A DNA stretch of 64,000 nucleotides from an uncultured Trueperaceae bacterium (GCA_963799485.1 CAWCXJ010000007.1:320001-384000), one strand, 5' to 3'. Shown: positions 32,970 to 44,512, counted from the stretch's first letter. Notes: a model not told the origin generated them from the sequence alone. Made by a program: numbers and translations.

Positions 32970-33782
32970 ATGGGAAATAAGATCAATCCCGTCGGCTTCC
33001 GCTTGGGCGTCAATAAAGTGCCCTCAGCTAAATGGTACGCGAACACTAAAACGTACCCGAAGCTACTCGCGGAAGACGACCTTATCCGTAAAACCGTCTT
33101 GTCCGACGTTGGTCACTCGGGCGTCGCGCGTATCGACATCGAACGCGCCGCACACAACATCAACATCACGGTTCACACCGCGAAGCCGGGTGTGGTTATC
33201 GGTCGTGGCGGTGAATCGATCAAGGTGCTGCGTAGCAAACTCGACAGCCTGATCGAAGGCACGATTGCCGTTAACGTGCAAGAGGTCGCCAATCCGAACA
33301 CGAACGGCGCTTTGATTGCCCAACGTATTGCCGAGCAGCTCGAGCGCCGCTTCGCCTTTCGCCGCGCCATGAAACAAGCCATTCAGCGCACGATGGAGTC
33401 GGGGGCACAGGGCGTTAAAATCCGCTGCTCGGGTCGTTTAGGCGGTTCCGAACAGGCGCGTCCCGAATCGTACATGGACGGCCGCGTGCCGCTACAAACG
33501 CTCCGCGCCGACATCGACTACGGTACCGCTAGGGCGAGCACCACATACGGCGTCATCGGCGTCAAAGCGTGGGTGTTTCACGGTGAGATCGTCGGCGATA
33601 AGCAGCGCCGCGCGGCTAACTTGCCCCGCCCTCGTCAAGACGAAGACAAAAACCGCCGCCGCCGCCGCCCACAAGCGCGTCGTCGCCCTGAAGGTGGCCC
33701 CGGTGCCGGACGTGGCGGCAGTGGCGGGAGCGACCGACCCCCCGGACGCAGCCGACCGGCTGAAAGGAAAGAGCGTAAGTAA
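32970..33782 (+). CDS. rpsC: 30S ribosomal protein S3
   Basis: [25 protein letters not shown]; Arg/Gly-rich tail. Confidence 0.98.
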   Translation: MGNKINPVGFRLGVNKVPSAKWYANTKTYPKLLAEDDLIRKTVLSDVGHSGVARIDIERAAHNINITVHTAKPGVVIGRGGESIKVLRSKLDSLIEGTIAVNVQEVANPNTNGALIAQRIAEQLERRFAFRRAMKQAIQRTMESGAQGVKIRCSGRLGGSEQARPESYMDGRVPLQTLRADIDYGTARASTTYGVIGVKAWVFHGEIVGDKQRRAANLPRPRQDEDKNRRRRRPQARRRPEGGPGAGRGGSGGSDRPPGRSRPAERKERK

Positions 33783-34207
33783 TGCTGTTACCCAAGCGCG
33801 TAAAATATCGTAAGCAGATGCGCGGACGGATGTCCGGCGACACCAAGGGTGGCGACTATGTGGCCTTCGGCGACTACGGCCTCGTCGCCATGGAACCGGC
33901 TTGGATCAAGTCGAACCAGATCGAAGCGTGCCGCATCACCATGAGCCGCTTTTTTCGCCGTGGCGGTAAAATTTACATCCGTATCTTCCCCGACAAGCCC
34001 GTCACCAAAAAGCCCGCCGAAACTCGCATGGGTAAGGGTAAAGGGGCGGTCGAATACTGGGTCTCGGTGGTCAAACCGGGGCGCATCATCTTTGAAGTTG
34101 CCAACGTGACCGAAGCGCAGGCGAAAGAAGCGTTTCGCCTAGCTGGACACAAGCTCCCGATCAAAACCAAGATGGTCAAACGCGAGGTCTACGATGAAGC
34201 CCAGTGA
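33782..34207 (+). CDS. rplP: 50S ribosomal protein L16
   Basis: RMGKGKG, KLPIKT. Confidence 0.98.
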   Translation: MLLPKRVKYRKQMRGRMSGDTKGGDYVAFGDYGLVAMEPAWIKSNQIEACRITMSRFFRRGGKIYIRIFPDKPVTKKPAETRMGKGKGAVEYWVSVVKPGRIIFEVANVTEAQAKEAFRLAGHKLPIKTKMVKREVYDEAQ

Positions 34208-34385
34208 GCTGCGTAAAATGAGCGTCTCAGAACTCAGCGGCGAAGTCGATAAGCGCCGGAAAGAACTGCTCGACCTGCGGATTCAGGCGTCGGTCGGTCA
34301 GGCGACGAATCCGCGCCGTATCCGCACCGCGAAACGCGAGATCGCTCAGCTGCTGACCATCGCCGCCGAGAAAGGAAACGTATGA
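34194..34385 (+). CDS. rpmC: 50S ribosomal protein L29
   Basis: ELRKMS...KREIAQLLT; operon position. Confidence 0.96.
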   Translation: MKPSELRKMSVSELSGEVDKRRKELLDLRIQASVGQATNPRRIRTAKREIAQLLTIAAEKGNV

Positions 34386-34627
34386 AGAAGACGCTCCAGG
34401 GGCGCGTCGTAAGCGACAAGGCCGAAAAGACCGTCACGGTTTTGGTCGAACGTCGCTTTAAGCACCCGCTTTACGGCAAGGTCGTCGCGGTATCAAAAAA
34501 ATACTTGGCACACGACGAAGAAAACGAGTATCACGAGGGCGACTTGGTCGAAATCATCACGCGCCGTCCGATCAGCAAACGCAAGCGGTTTGCAGTGACG
34601 AAACTCTTAGAGAAAGCCAGAGGCTAG
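34382..34627 (+). CDS. rpsQ: 30S ribosomal protein S17
   Basis: GRVVSDK, HPLYGK, RPISKRK. Confidence 0.98.
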   Translation: MKKTLQGRVVSDKAEKTVTVLVERRFKHPLYGKVVAVSKKYLAHDEENEYHEGDLVEIITRRPISKRKRFAVTKLLEKARG

Positions 34628-34630
34628 GCC

Positions 34631-34999
34631 GTGATTCAGCAAGAATCTTATCTGGACGTGGCTGACAACTCAGGCGCACGCCGCATCCAGTGCATCCGCG
34701 TTTTGGGTACCGGCTCGCAGTTCGTCGGCGGTGTTGGTGATGTGATTGTTGCCGCCGTAAAAGACGCGATCCCCCGCGCCGGGGTTAAAAAAGGCGATGT
34801 CGTAAGGGCCGTTATCGTCCGCACGGCCAAAGAGATCAGCCGCAGTGATGGCAGCAGCATCCGTTTTGACAACAACGCCGCAGTCATTATCAATAACCAG
34901 AACGAACCGCGCGGTACCCGCGTTTTCGGGCCGGTAGCCCGTGAACTGCGCGAGCGCCGTTTTATGCGTATCGTCTCACTCGCGCCCGAAGTCCTTTAA
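34631..34999 (+). CDS. rplN: 50S ribosomal protein L14
   Basis: [22 protein letters not shown]. Confidence 0.98.
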   Translation: MIQQESYLDVADNSGARRIQCIRVLGTGSQFVGGVGDVIVAAVKDAIPRAGVKKGDVVRAVIVRTAKEISRSDGSSIRFDNNAAVIINNQNEPRGTRVFGPVARELRERRFMRIVSLAPEVL

Positions 35000-35012
35000 G
35001 GGAGATGTTTTA

Positions 35013-35345
35013 ATGAAACAGGAGAAAACGCGTATTCGTCTTCGTAACGGCGACCAGGTACGCGTCATGACCGGCAAAAACCGGGGCGCAGAAGGCGAAA
35101 TTATCGCCATATTACCCGAAAAAAACCGCGTTGTCGTCAAGGGCGTCAATATCAATAAAAAGACGCGCCGTCCGACCCAGGAAAACCCGCGCGGCGGCTT
35201 TGACGAACGCGAAGCGCCGATTCACGCCTCGAACGTCCAGCTGTTAGACCCTAAAACCGGAGCGCCGACGCGTGTTGGTGCCGAATTTGACGGCGAGCGC
35301 AAACGCCGTATCAGCCGCAAAAGCGGTGTGCGTTTAGGCGAATAG
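35013..35345 (+). CDS. rplX: 50S ribosomal protein L24
   Basis: KOW-like [22 protein letters not shown] 35013. Confidence 0.97.
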   Translation: MKQEKTRIRLRNGDQVRVMTGKNRGAEGEIIAILPEKNRVVVKGVNINKKTRRPTQENPRGGFDEREAPIHASNVQLLDPKTGAPTRVGAEFDGERKRRISRKSGVRLGE

Positions 35346-35352
35346 GAGAGCT

Positions 35353-35904
35353 ATGAGCAAGGTGGATGTAGCGCTCAAAGCGCGCTATCAAAAAGAAGTT
35401 CGGCAGAGTATGCAGGAGCGGCACAACTATCAAAACGTGATGGCGGTGCCCAAGCTCGAGAAGATCGTCATCAATATCGGCCTCGGCGAAGCCCGCGACG
35501 ACTCGAAAGTCATCGACCGCGCCTCACGTGAGTTGGCGCAGATCGCGCTGCAACGCCCCGTTGTCACCAAAGCCAAAAAGTCGGTGTCGAACTTTAAGTT
35601 ACGCGCCGGAATGCCGATCGGCCTTAAAGTAACGTTGCGCGGTGAGCGGATGTGGGTTTTTTTAGAAAAGCTCATTAACGTAGCGTTGCCGAGAGTTCGT
35701 GATTTTCGTGGCGTAAGCGCCAACGCGTTTGACGGTCGGGGTAACTACACGCTCGGACTACGCGAACAGCTGGTGTTCCCGGAAATCTCAATCGACCAGG
35801 TTGACGCAACGCGCGGGATGGACATCTCTATTGTTACGACCGCCCAAACTGACGAAGAAGCCCGGAGTCTCCTAGAGCTGCTCGGGATGCCTTTCAGGAA
35901 GTAG
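35353..35904 (+). CDS. rplE: 50S ribosomal protein L5
   Basis: [25 protein letters not shown]. Confidence 0.98.
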   Translation: MSKVDVALKARYQKEVRQSMQERHNYQNVMAVPKLEKIVINIGLGEARDDSKVIDRASRELAQIALQRPVVTKAKKSVSNFKLRAGMPIGLKVTLRGERMWVFLEKLINVALPRVRDFRGVSANAFDGRGNYTLGLREQLVFPEISIDQVDATRGMDISIVTTAQTDEEARSLLELLGMPFRK

Positions 35905-35915
35905 AGGAATAACGT

Positions 35916-36101
35916 ATGGCTACAAAAGCACATATCGCCAAATCGAAACGGACGCCTAAATTTGCGGTGCGTCAGGTCAACCGTTGCGGTCGTTGTGGTC
36001 GTTCACGCAGCTACCTGCGCGACTTTAACCTCTGCCGCATCTGTGTTCGTGAGATGGCCCACCAAGGGTTTTTACCCGGCGTCCGCAAGGCCAGCTGGTA
36101 A
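35916..36101 (+). CDS. rpsZ: 30S ribosomal protein S14, type Z (Zn-binding)
   Basis: 61 aa, CGRC...CRIC, RKASW. Confidence 0.97.
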   Translation: MATKAHIAKSKRTPKFAVRQVNRCGRCGRSRSYLRDFNLCRICVREMAHQGFLPGVRKASW

Positions 36102-36124
36102 ACCTAAACAAGAAAAACTTTTTG

Positions 36125-36164
36125 CGAGGTGATGGTTAGCGCGTTTGCGCTAAGACCAACCTCG
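36125..36164 (+). promoter_or_regulatory. Bulged hairpin upstream of rpsH, candidate S8 autoregulatory site
   Basis: CGAGGT-GA-TGGTTAGCGC-GTTT-GCGCTAA-GA-CCA-ACCTCG. Confidence 0.5.
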
Positions 36165-36186
36165 GCGAAGGAGATACAGGAGACTC

Positions 36187-36582
36187 ATGTATACGGATCC
36201 CATTGCTGACATGCTGACGCGCATCCGCAACGGCGCGGCTATCGTTGCTGCGACCGTCGATGTACCGGCGAGCAAATTTAAGAAGTCGCTGGCTGATGTT
36301 CTTGTGAAAGAGGGTTATCTCAAGTCCGTCGAGCAGACCAAAGTCGACGGCAAATCGGTGCTGCGTATCGGCCTTAAGTACGGCCCGAAGCGTTCATCTA
36401 TTATCAATGAACTTAAACGGGTTTCAAAGCCCGGACGGCGTGCCTACGCCAAAGCGACCCATATTCCGGTCGTTCGCGGTGGTCTCGGGGTCGCGGTTAT
36501 CTCGACGCCGCAAGGTCTGCTCGTCGACCGTGACGCGCGCCGTCACCACGTCGGCGGCGAAGTCGTCTGTGAGGTGTGGTAG
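36187..36582 (+). CDS. rpsH: 30S ribosomal protein S8
   Basis: [24 protein letters not shown]. Confidence 0.98.
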   Translation: MYTDPIADMLTRIRNGAAIVAATVDVPASKFKKSLADVLVKEGYLKSVEQTKVDGKSVLRIGLKYGPKRSSIINELKRVSKPGRRAYAKATHIPVVRGGLGVAVISTPQGLLVDRDARRHHVGGEVVCEVW

Positions 36583-37121
36583 TGAGCCGTATCGGACGTA
36601 CCCCCATTACGCTGCCTAAAGGCGTCGAGATCAGTGCGGCGAAAACCGCAGTGACGATCAAAGGGCCAAAGGGCCAACTCGTCGTGCCGTTTAATCCGCG
36701 TCTCAAGCTCAACCAAGAAAACGGTGTGTTGACCTTAGAGCGCCCCAGCGACGCCCCCCGCGACCGTGCCCAGCACGGCCTCACCCGTAGTCTGCTTAGT
36801 AACGCTGTTCAGGGCGTCACCGAAGGTTACTCTCGCAACCTGCAGATTCAGGGCGTCGGTTACCGCTGCGCGATGAAGGGCAAGAACTTGGAGCTTCAGC
36901 TCGGTTTTTCGCACCCGGTTGTATTCGAGCCGCCCGAAGGCATCACAATCGCCGCGCCGCAACCGACCTCAATTACAATCTCAGGTATCGACAAGCAACT
37001 TGTCGGTCAGGTTGCCGCCAATATCCGCGAAGTCCGTCCGCCCGATTCGTACCACGGCAAAGGCGTCCGGTACGAAGGCGAGCAGGTTCGCCTCAAGCCC
37101 GGTAAAACCGCGGCCCGCTAG
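36582..37121 (+). CDS. rplF: 50S ribosomal protein L6
   Basis: [25 protein letters not shown] 36582. Confidence 0.98.
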   Translation: MSRIGRTPITLPKGVEISAAKTAVTIKGPKGQLVVPFNPRLKLNQENGVLTLERPSDAPRDRAQHGLTRSLLSNAVQGVTEGYSRNLQIQGVGYRCAMKGKNLELQLGFSHPVVFEPPEGITIAAPQPTSITISGIDKQLVGQVAANIREVRPPDSYHGKGVRYEGEQVRLKPGKTAAR

Positions 37122-37129
37122 GAGTTCGT

Positions 37130-37477
37130 ATGACTGTTTTGCATACCAAAGAGCGTCGCCGCTTTCGCACCCGCCGGAAGCTGCAGCGCCCCGTAACGAC
37201 TGACCGCCTCCGCTTAACGGTGTTCCGGAGCGCCAAGCATATCTATGCTCAGGTTATCGATATGACCGAAGGGCGCACCGTTGCCGAAGCAAACAGCAAG
37301 AGTTTGGGCGCAATCGGCAACAAAACTGAACAGGCCGCTGCGGTAGGCCGCGCCATTGCTGTCCGCGCTACCGAAGCCGGTGCTAAGCGTATCGTTTTCG
37401 ACCGGGGCGCTTACCGCTACCACGGTCGCATCAAGGCGCTCGCCGAAAGCGCCCGTGAAGGAGGGCTCGAGTTCTAA
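37130..37477 (+). CDS. rplR: 50S ribosomal protein L18
   Basis: [18 protein letters not shown]. Confidence 0.98.
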   Translation: MTVLHTKERRRFRTRRKLQRPVTTDRLRLTVFRSAKHIYAQVIDMTEGRTVAEANSKSLGAIGNKTEQAAAVGRAIAVRATEAGAKRIVFDRGAYRYHGRIKALAESAREGGLEF

Positions 37478-37947
37478 TGGCTGAAGAGTTTGAAGATAAG
37501 GTCATCTTTATCCGCCGCACTGCCAAAACCTATCAGGGAGGCCGCCGCTTCCGCTTCGGCGCGATGGTCGCTATCGGCGACCGCAACGGTCGCGTCGGGA
37601 TCGGTCTCGGTAAGGCTAAAGAGGTACCGATTGCTGTACAAAAAGGTCAGTACGTCGCCCGCCGTAACCTCATCGAGGTGCCGATTGAAGAACCCGGCAC
37701 GATTCCACACGAGGTCTTGGGTACCCACAGCACGAGCCGCGTCATGCTTAAACCCGCAGGTGCCGGGACGGGCGTCATTGCAGGGAGTGTTCCGCGTGCG
37801 ATTATCGAGCTGGCAGGTTTTCGTAACCTGCTCACTAAAGAACTCGGTTCACGTAACCAGACCAACGTCGCTTACGCCGTAATCGACGGCCTCAAGCAAC
37901 TCAAGACCTTTGAAGAGTCGAAGCAAGAGCGGGAAGCCGCCAGATGA
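37477..37947 (+). CDS. rpsE: 30S ribosomal protein S5
   Basis: [14 protein letters not shown]. Confidence 0.98.
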   Translation: MAEEFEDKVIFIRRTAKTYQGGRRFRFGAMVAIGDRNGRVGIGLGKAKEVPIAVQKGQYVARRNLIEVPIEEPGTIPHEVLGTHSTSRVMLKPAGAGTGVIAGSVPRAIIELAGFRNLLTKELGSRNQTNVAYAVIDGLKQLKTFEESKQEREAAR

Positions 37948-38111
37948 AAGCAACCCTGGTTCGTTCGTTGATCGGCGTGAAAAAAGACCAAAAGGCAACC
38001 GTTCGTGCACTCGGCTTCAAAAAGACCGGTGACACCCGTGAACTTAAAGACACACCTGATGTTCGCGGCATGGTCAACAAGGTTTCGTATCTGTTTAAGG
38101 TGGAAGGATAA
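37944..38111 (+). CDS. rpmD: 50S ribosomal protein L30 (absent from the ORF track, 55 aa)
   Basis: Manual translation [11 protein letters not shown]...TVRALG...[20 protein letters not shown]. Confidence 0.96.
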   Translation: MKATLVRSLIGVKKDQKATVRALGFKKTGDTRELKDTPDVRGMVNKVSYLFKVEG

Positions 38112-38113
38112 GG

Positions 38114-38608
38114 ATGAAACTTAACGACTTAAAACCCGCCCCCGGTGCCAAGAAAAACCGCCGCCGGGTCGGGCGCGGTCTAGGGAGCGGACACGGCAAA
38201 ACTGCCGGTCGCGGTCAAAAAGGCCAGTCGAGCCGTTCCGGATTTTCGCAAGGCTCCGGTTGGGAAGGGGGCCGCTCACGTCTGGTCATGCGCCTGCCCA
38301 AACGCGGCTTTATTCATCACAACACGGATTACCAGATCATCAATTTGGGCGACCTGAACGCTTTTGAAGCGGGCGCAACGGTCAACGCCGAAACGCTTCG
38401 CAGTACGGGCGCAGTACGGCACCAAGATCGCCCCATCAAGCTTTTGGGTAACGGCGAAGTGACCGTGCAAAACCTGACCGTCGAGGTCGACGCCTACAGC
38501 CGTAGCGCGGTACGGGCCTTGCAAAATGCCGGCGCTACCGTTCTCGGTGACGTCGCAGGTACCAGCTCGGCAGACTCCAACCCAGCGCAGGCCGAAGGGC
38601 CGAACTAG
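38114..38608 (+). CDS. rplO: 50S ribosomal protein L15
   Basis: RVGRGLGSGHGKTAGRGQKGQ, RLPKRGF. Confidence 0.98.
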   Translation: MKLNDLKPAPGAKKNRRRVGRGLGSGHGKTAGRGQKGQSSRSGFSQGSGWEGGRSRLVMRLPKRGFIHHNTDYQIINLGDLNAFEAGATVNAETLRSTGAVRHQDRPIKLLGNGEVTVQNLTVEVDAYSRSAVRALQNAGATVLGDVAGTSSADSNPAQAEGPN

Positions 38609-39922
38609 ATGCTCTCCGCTTTCGGAAACGCCTTTCGCATTCCTGACCTGCGTGCCAAATTGCTCGTGGTGATCGGGCTTTTGGCGGTTTATCGCCTGGG
38701 CGTTTTTGTGCCGACGCCGGGTGTCGACGCTCAAGCCCTCCAAGGTCAACTTCAGGGAGGCGTCTTCGAACTGCTGGGGTTTATTACGGGCGGCAATATC
38801 AGCCAGTTTTCGGTGTTCGCGCTCGGCGTGATTCCCTACATCACGGCGAGCATCATCTTTCAGCTGCTGACGTCGATCTATCCACCCTTAGAAAAACTCT
38901 CCAAAGAGGGTGAAGAGGGGCGGCGCAAAATCACGCAGTACACCCGTTACGCCGCACTCGGTCTCGGCGCGGTGCAGGGACTCTTTTTGGCGACGGCTGT
39001 AATCGGGCCTTCCGGCGCACTCCGCGTCGGGTGGAGTAACGGCCCGTTTTTCTGGCTGACCGTTTTGATCACCCAGATCGCGGGTATCGCCGTGGTCATG
39101 TATCTGGGCGAGAAGATCACCGAATACGGCATCGGGAACGGAATTTCGCTTATCATCTATGCGGGTATCGTCGCCGCCTATCCTCAAGCTATCGCGCAAA
39201 ATATCGCGCTAGTCGGGACGGGCGAATCGAACCTGATCGGCATCATCATCTTCTTCGCGCTCCTGGTTGTGGCAGTCGCCGGAATGGTACTCATTCAACA
39301 AGCGGAGCGGCGAATTCCCGTGCAGTACGCTCGCAAGGTCGTGGGTCGCCGTGTGATGGGCGGGCAAAGCACCTACATTCCGATGCGTCTAAACGCTGCC
39401 GGGGTGATTCCGGTCATCTTTGCGGTGTCTGTTCTGGTGATCCCTACCACCCTTATTTCGGTGTTTCCCAACATCGTTTGGTTACAGTCAGCAGGCGTAT
39501 GGTTTAACCCGTCGAACTGGCAGGGTTTGATCGTCAGTACCCTCTTGATTGTCGCCTTTACTTACTTTTACACGCAAATCTCGTTCGACCCTAAACGTAT
39601 CTCGGAAAACCTGCGCGAGTACGGTGGTTTCGTACCGGGGGTGCGGCCCGGTCAGCAGACGACCGAACATCTGACCCGCATCACCAACCGTATTACGCTT
39701 TGGGGAGCGCTGTTTTTAGGTTTGGTCAACGCTCTGCCGCAAATTTTGGGCTGGATTACCGGGCAAGGGCAGCTCTCGCTGGTGTTTTCGGGAATCGGCC
39801 TCTTAATCGTCGTCGGTGTGGCACTCGATACCTTGCGGCAGCTCGAGTCTCAACTCAAAATGCGTCACTACGACGGGTTTGTCAGCAAAGGCCGGATTCG
39901 TGGACGCGGGCGGCGCTTTTAA
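38609..39922 (+). CDS. secY: Preprotein translocase subunit SecY
   Basis: LGVIPYITASII, GIGNGIS, VPGVRPG; about 10 TM helices. Confidence 0.98.
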   Translation: MLSAFGNAFRIPDLRAKLLVVIGLLAVYRLGVFVPTPGVDAQALQGQLQGGVFELLGFITGGNISQFSVFALGVIPYITASIIFQLLTSIYPPLEKLSKEGEEGRRKITQYTRYAALGLGAVQGLFLATAVIGPSGALRVGWSNGPFFWLTVLITQIAGIAVVMYLGEKITEYGIGNGISLIIYAGIVAAYPQAIAQNIALVGTGESNLIGIIIFFALLVVAVAGMVLIQQAERRIPVQYARKVVGRRVMGGQSTYIPMRLNAAGVIPVIFAVSVLVIPTTLISVFPNIVWLQSAGVWFNPSNWQGLIVSTLLIVAFTYFYTQISFDPKRISENLREYGGFVPGVRPGQQTTEHLTRITNRITLWGALFLGLVNALPQILGWITGQGQLSLVFSGIGLLIVVGVALDTLRQLESQLKMRHYDGFVSKGRIRGRGRRF

Positions 39923-40488
39923 TGACGTCTGAAGTCTTGTTGCTCGTCGGCCCGCCCGGAGCCGGTAAAGGCACGCAAGCTGAGAAGCTGGCGCGGGCGC
40001 GTCGCCTGACGAAACTCTCGACCGGTGATATGCTCCGCGACCACGTAAAGCGGGAGACCGAGGTCGGTCAGGTTGCCAAGCAGGTGATGGCGGCAGGCAG
40101 GCTCGTTTCGGACGATTTGATCGTTGCGATGGTGCGGAGTGAACTCGAGGGTCAGGAAGTCGTCCGCGTTCTGCTCGACGGGTTTCCCCGAACGGCAGTT
40201 CAGGCTGAAGCGCTCGATACTTTATTACAAGAACTTGGTACGGCGATTACAGCAGTAGTGTTACTCGAAGTCGATACCGAAGAACTCGTCGCCCGTCTTG
40301 TAGGACGTGCCGAAGCGCAAGACCGTACCGACGACAACGAAGCAACGATTCGCACCCGGATGCAAGTTTACGCCGAGCAAACTGCGCCGCTTTTAGAATA
40401 TTACGACGCGCGTGGCAGACTCCGGCACGTCGACGGCACCGGCAGCGTCGAAGAGGTCTTTGCCCGTATCTCTGAGGTTCTGCCATGA
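39922..40488 (+). CDS. adk: Adenylate kinase (short LID)
   Basis: GPPGAGKGTQ, STGDMLR, LDGFPR, RTDD; ATG 39922. Confidence 0.97.
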   Translation: MTSEVLLLVGPPGAGKGTQAEKLARARRLTKLSTGDMLRDHVKRETEVGQVAKQVMAAGRLVSDDLIVAMVRSELEGQEVVRVLLDGFPRTAVQAEALDTLLQELGTAITAVVLLEVDTEELVARLVGRAEAQDRTDDNEATIRTRMQVYAEQTAPLLEYYDARGRLRHVDGTGSVEEVFARISEVLP

Positions 40489-40498
40489 GGGTTTTACC

Positions 40499-41308
40499 GT
40501 GATTCTCAAGCGTGCCCGCGAAATCGACGCGATGGTCGAGGCGGCGGTAATTAACCGTGAAGCTTTGGAAAGTATCGAGCCGCTTATTCGTCCGGGGGCG
40601 ACAACTGCCGAACTCAACGCCGCAGCTGAAGACTTTATCGTTTCAAGAGGTGCGACGCCTGCGTTTAAGGGCTACCGGGGCTCGAGCGCCTCGACGGTGC
40701 CGTTTCCCGGAACACTCTGCACTTCGGTCAACGATATCGTCGTTCACGGCATTCCCGACCGTAAGCCGCTTAAAGAAGGCGACATTGTTTCGGTCGATAT
40801 CGGGTTATTCTATAAAGGCTACGCTGCGGATATGGCGAAGACCTACGCTGTGGGCGCTGTCTCCAAGCGCGTTCAGGCGCTACTCGAGGCGACCGAACGC
40901 TCGCTCTATGCGGGTATCGAAGCGGCGCAACCGGGCGGCCGTTTGGGCGACGTCGCCGCAGCCATTCAGCGCACTGTCGAAGCCGCAGGTTTCTGGGTGG
41001 TGCGCGAATTTGTCGGTCACGGTATCGGGAGTGCCTTTCACGAGTCGCCGGACGTGCCCAACTACGGTCGCGTCGGAACCGGGCCGAAGCTCAGGCCGGG
41101 ACTCGTATTGGCGATTGAACCGATGGTCACGGAATCGGAGACCGAGATCAAGATATTAGGCGACGGCTGGACTGCGCCGACCAAGAACGGCTCGCGGGCG
41201 GCCCATTTCGAGCACACCGTTGCGATCACCGAAGCAGGGCCGCGCGTGCTGACGATGGCAGGCGCACCCATTTATGAGAAAGAGCTAGGAGGTGTACGTG
41301 GCGCGTAG
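40499..41308 (+). CDS. map: Methionine aminopeptidase type I
   Basis: VVHGIP, VSVDIG, GHGIG...FHE, AIEPM, AHFEHT; GTG 40499. Confidence 0.97.
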   Translation: MILKRAREIDAMVEAAVINREALESIEPLIRPGATTAELNAAAEDFIVSRGATPAFKGYRGSSASTVPFPGTLCTSVNDIVVHGIPDRKPLKEGDIVSVDIGLFYKGYAADMAKTYAVGAVSKRVQALLEATERSLYAGIEAAQPGGRLGDVAAAIQRTVEAAGFWVVREFVGHGIGSAFHESPDVPNYGRVGTGPKLRPGLVLAIEPMVTESETEIKILGDGWTAPTKNGSRAAHFEHTVAITEAGPRVLTMAGAPIYEKELGGVRGA

Positions 41309-41579
41309 TAGATCAGGCGGAGGCCGCCGAGGCCCACCCAAAGAGCGCACGGAGCGCCCCGAAGAGACGACCCAAGATACGATTCGTACGGAAGGGGTCG
41401 TGCTCGAGGCTCGTCCCAATACTACATTTTTAGTCCAGCTCGACGCCGGGCCGGAAATTTTGGCGCACGTCGGCGGCAAGATGCGGCGGCACTACATCCG
41501 CATCCTCCCCGGCGACCGCGTGGTTTTAGAAATCAGCACCTACGACCCCGAAAAGGGCCGTATCGTTTACCGAAAGTAG
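41298..41579 (+). CDS. infA: Translation initiation factor IF-1 (with N-terminal extension)
   Basis: [25 protein letters not shown] after AGGAGGT. Confidence 0.97.
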   Translation: MARSRSGGGRRGPPKERTERPEETTQDTIRTEGVVLEARPNTTFLVQLDAGPEILAHVGGKMRRHYIRILPGDRVVLEISTYDPEKGRIVYRK

Positions 41580-41598
41580 CAGGAACCAGAGGAGAATT

Positions 41599-41715
41599 AT
41601 GAAAGTACGTGCGTCCGTCAAGCCGATCTGCGACAAGTGTAAAGTCATTCGTCGCCACGGCAAAGTGTTCGTCATCTGCTCGGTGAACCCGAAGCACAAG
41701 CAAAGGCAGGGCTAG
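41599..41715 (+). CDS. rpmJ: 50S ribosomal protein L36 (absent from the ORF track, 38 aa)
   Basis: Manual translation [38 protein letters not shown]. Confidence 0.98.
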   Translation: MKVRASVKPICDKCKVIRRHGKVFVICSVNPKHKQRQG

Positions 41716-41716
41716 C

Positions 41717-42097
41717 ATGGCGCGAATTGCCGGTATTGACCTCCCCCGCGACAAGCGCGTCGAGTACGCGCTCCCGTACATCTACGGCATCGGTCTGACC
41801 CGCTCGCAGCAGGTCTTGGCTGAAGCGGGTGTCAGCCCCGACACGCGGGTTAAAGACCTCGCCGAAACCGAAGTCGCGCGGCTACGCGAGATCGTCGAAA
41901 AGACCTACAAGGTCGAAGGCGACCTCCGCCGCGAAATCCAGCTCAATATCAAACGGCTGATGGATATCGGCTGCTACCGGGGTTTACGGCACCGCCGCGG
42001 TCTACCCGTTCGCGGGCAATCGACCAAAACCAACGCCCGCACCCGCAAAGGGCCACGCCGCACCGTCGCCGGTAAAAAGAAAGCCGCGAAGAAGTAA
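41717..42097 (+). CDS. rpsM: 30S ribosomal protein S13
   Basis: ARIAGID, IYGIG, GLPVRGQ. Confidence 0.98.
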   Translation: MARIAGIDLPRDKRVEYALPYIYGIGLTRSQQVLAEAGVSPDTRVKDLAETEVARLREIVEKTYKVEGDLRREIQLNIKRLMDIGCYRGLRHRRGLPVRGQSTKTNARTRKGPRRTVAGKKKAAKK

Positions 42098-42106
42098 GGG
42101 GTTCTG

Positions 42107-42505
42107 ATGAGCAGACAAGCCGCGAGAAACAAAACCAAAAAGCGCGTCAGACGTAACCTCGCCGAAGGCAAGGTTTACATTCACGCGTCGTACAACAACA
42201 CCATTGTGACGATTACCGATATGGACGGCAACACGGTTGCCTGGTCGAGCTCGGGCAGCATCGGCTACAAAGGCTCGAAAAAAGGGACGCCTTACGCCGC
42301 CCAGCTCGCTGCTGCCGACGCCACCCGCAAGGCGCAAAACATGGGCGTCAGCCAGCTCGATATCGTCATTCGCGGTACCGGTTCGGGCCGGGAGCAGGCC
42401 ATTCGTTCAATTCAGGCGACGGGCGTGAACGTGCGTTCGATTATCGACGCCACGCCGGTCGCGCACAACGGCTGCCGCTTAACCAAACGTCAACGCCTCA
42501 AATAA
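42107..42505 (+). CDS. rpsK: 30S ribosomal protein S11
   Basis: ASYNNTIVT, TPYAAQLAA, HNGCR. Confidence 0.98.
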   Translation: MSRQAARNKTKKRVRRNLAEGKVYIHASYNNTIVTITDMDGNTVAWSSSGSIGYKGSKKGTPYAAQLAAADATRKAQNMGVSQLDIVIRGTGSGREQAIRSIQATGVNVRSIIDATPVAHNGCRLTKRQRLK

Positions 42506-42532
42506 ACCAGCACTTGCTATCAAGGGAGAACT

Positions 42533-43150
42533 ATGGGCCGTCAGAGAGAACCGATTGTCAAGCTGAGTCGCCGCGAAGGGGTCAACCTCGCGGAGACGCC
42601 GAAAGTACAAAAATATATGGAGCGCCGCCCGTATCCTCCGGGACAACACGGGCAGCGCCGGGGCCGCAAGATTTCGGACTATGGTGTGCGCCTCCGTGAA
42701 AAGCAGAAGCTGCGCCGCCTGTACAACATGAGCGAAAAGCAGTTCCGCACGCTTTTCGACGAAGCAGTACGTCAGGAAGGGGCGACCGGCGCGGTATTTT
42801 TACAACTGCTCGAGTCCCGCCTCGACAACGTGGTGTTTCGTTTGGGCATTGCACACACCCGCCGTCAGGCACGTCAACTCGTGTCGCACAAGCACCTCAA
42901 CGTCAACGGCAAACCGGTCGACGTCCCGTCGTACCGCGTCAAACCCGGTGACGAAATCTCCGTGGCGACGCGCAGCCGCAGTAATGAGATCATTAAAGGC
43001 AACGTCGAGGCGCGCAAACGGGGGCGACTCAGCCCGTGGCTCGAGTTCGACTCTGAAAACCTCAAGGGTAAGTTCCAGCGCCTGCCCGCCCGCGAAGACC
43101 TGAGCGTTCCCGTAAATGAACTTCAGGTTATCGAGTATTACTCGAGATAG
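42533..43150 (+). CDS. rpsD: 30S ribosomal protein S4
   Basis: [21 protein letters not shown]. Confidence 0.98.
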   Translation: MGRQREPIVKLSRREGVNLAETPKVQKYMERRPYPPGQHGQRRGRKISDYGVRLREKQKLRRLYNMSEKQFRTLFDEAVRQEGATGAVFLQLLESRLDNVVFRLGIAHTRRQARQLVSHKHLNVNGKPVDVPSYRVKPGDEISVATRSRSNEIIKGNVEARKRGRLSPWLEFDSENLKGKFQRLPAREDLSVPVNELQVIEYYSR

Positions 43151-43181
43151 CGCCTAGACTTGATGAGAACAGGAGTTTACG

Positions 43182-44129
43182 GTGCAGATTACACCTGAAT
43201 TTAAGGCCCGCGTAGGCGAGCAGTACGGCGAGTTTACGGTCGAACCGCTGCCACGCGGTTACGGCGTCACCATCGGCAACCCGCTGCGGCGTATTTTGCT
43301 GTCGTCGGTTGCCGGGACTGCCGTCACCAGCGTTTATATCGAAGATGTACTCCACGAGTTTTCGACCATCGAGGGGATGAAAGAGGATGTCATGCAGCTG
43401 ATCCTCAACCTCAAAGAGTTGGTCGTCAAACTGCACGACAACGAGCCGGTCACGTTGACCCTCCGCGCCGAACGTGCCGGGCCGGTCACTGCCGGGGACT
43501 TTGAAGTCCCGATGGGCGCGTCCGTCGTCAACCCCGACCTTTATCTAGCGACGTTGGCCGATGGCGGCAAGCTCGTCATGGAAGTCCGGGTCGAACCCGG
43601 TATCGGCTACGTTCCGGCGGAGATTCACGCGACCAAAGACCGTATCAATTCGATTCCGGTCGACGCCGTCTTTACCCCTGTGCGCCGCGTCGCCTACCGC
43701 GTCGAAGACACCCGCGTCGGACAAAAGACCGACCTCGACCGTTTGGTGCTTCGTGTCTGGACGGACGGCAGCGTCTCGCCCAAAGAAGCGTTGGAGAGTG
43801 CGGTCGACACACTTCGTAACCAGCTCTCAGTCTTTAGCGGCGGCGAGTTTGAAGAGCCGGTGCCGGTCATTGCTGCGCCGACGACAGCAAGTGCCGCCGC
43901 TTCAGAGCCGGCCGGTGTAGGCCGCGCCGAGACCACGCAGGTTACGCTGGAAAGCCTCGAGCTCTCGAGCCGCGTGTTGCATTCGCTGCAAGAAGAGGGT
44001 ATCGATTCGGTCGACGCACTTTTAGCGCTGTCTGAACGCGACCTTAAGAAAGTCGGCGGCGTCGGTGACAAGTCGCTCGAGGAGATCAAAGAGCGCCTGC
44101 AAGCGCAGGGCTTCGAACTAAAGGAGTAA
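43182..44129 (+). CDS. rpoA: RNA polymerase subunit alpha
   Basis: EPLPRGYGVTIGNPLRRILLSS, HEFS, WTDGS; alpha-CTD. Confidence 0.98.
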   Translation: MQITPEFKARVGEQYGEFTVEPLPRGYGVTIGNPLRRILLSSVAGTAVTSVYIEDVLHEFSTIEGMKEDVMQLILNLKELVVKLHDNEPVTLTLRAERAGPVTAGDFEVPMGASVVNPDLYLATLADGGKLVMEVRVEPGIGYVPAEIHATKDRINSIPVDAVFTPVRRVAYRVEDTRVGQKTDLDRLVLRVWTDGSVSPKEALESAVDTLRNQLSVFSGGEFEEPVPVIAAPTTASAAASEPAGVGRAETTQVTLESLELSSRVLHSLQEEGIDSVDALLALSERDLKKVGGVGDKSLEEIKERLQAQGFELKE

Positions 44130-44132
44130 ATC

Positions 44133-44495
44133 GTGAGACACATGTCTAGCGGGCGCAAGCTGAACCGCAACAGCAGCCACCGCATCGCCCTTGCGCGTTC
44201 ACAAGCGACCTCGTTATTTCGTCACGGTCGCATCAAAACCACGGTTGCCAAGGCCAAAAACCTGCGCCCGTATGTTGAAAAGCTCATCACCACCGCTAAA
44301 GGTGGCAACCTCCACGCACGGCGGCTGGTGCTTAAAGAGATTCACGATGTTGTAATTGTCCGTAAACTGATGGACGAGATCGCGCCGTCGTTTAGCACCC
44401 GTCCGGGCGGCTACACGCGTATTTACCGCCTCGAGACTCGGCGCGGCGACGGCGCGCAAGAGGCGCTGATCGAACTCGTAACGGATATTACCTAA
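44133..44495 (+). CDS. rplQ: 50S ribosomal protein L17
   Basis: [24 protein letters not shown]. Confidence 0.98.
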   Translation: MRHMSSGRKLNRNSSHRIALARSQATSLFRHGRIKTTVAKAKNLRPYVEKLITTAKGGNLHARRLVLKEIHDVVIVRKLMDEIAPSFSTRPGGYTRIYRLETRRGDGAQEALIELVTDIT

Positions 44496-44512
44496 ACAAA
44501 GATCGCAACACC

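Noticed and set aside
25356..44495. Contiguity of the str, S10, spc and alpha operons as a novelty
   Set aside because: This arrangement is common, including in Thermus.
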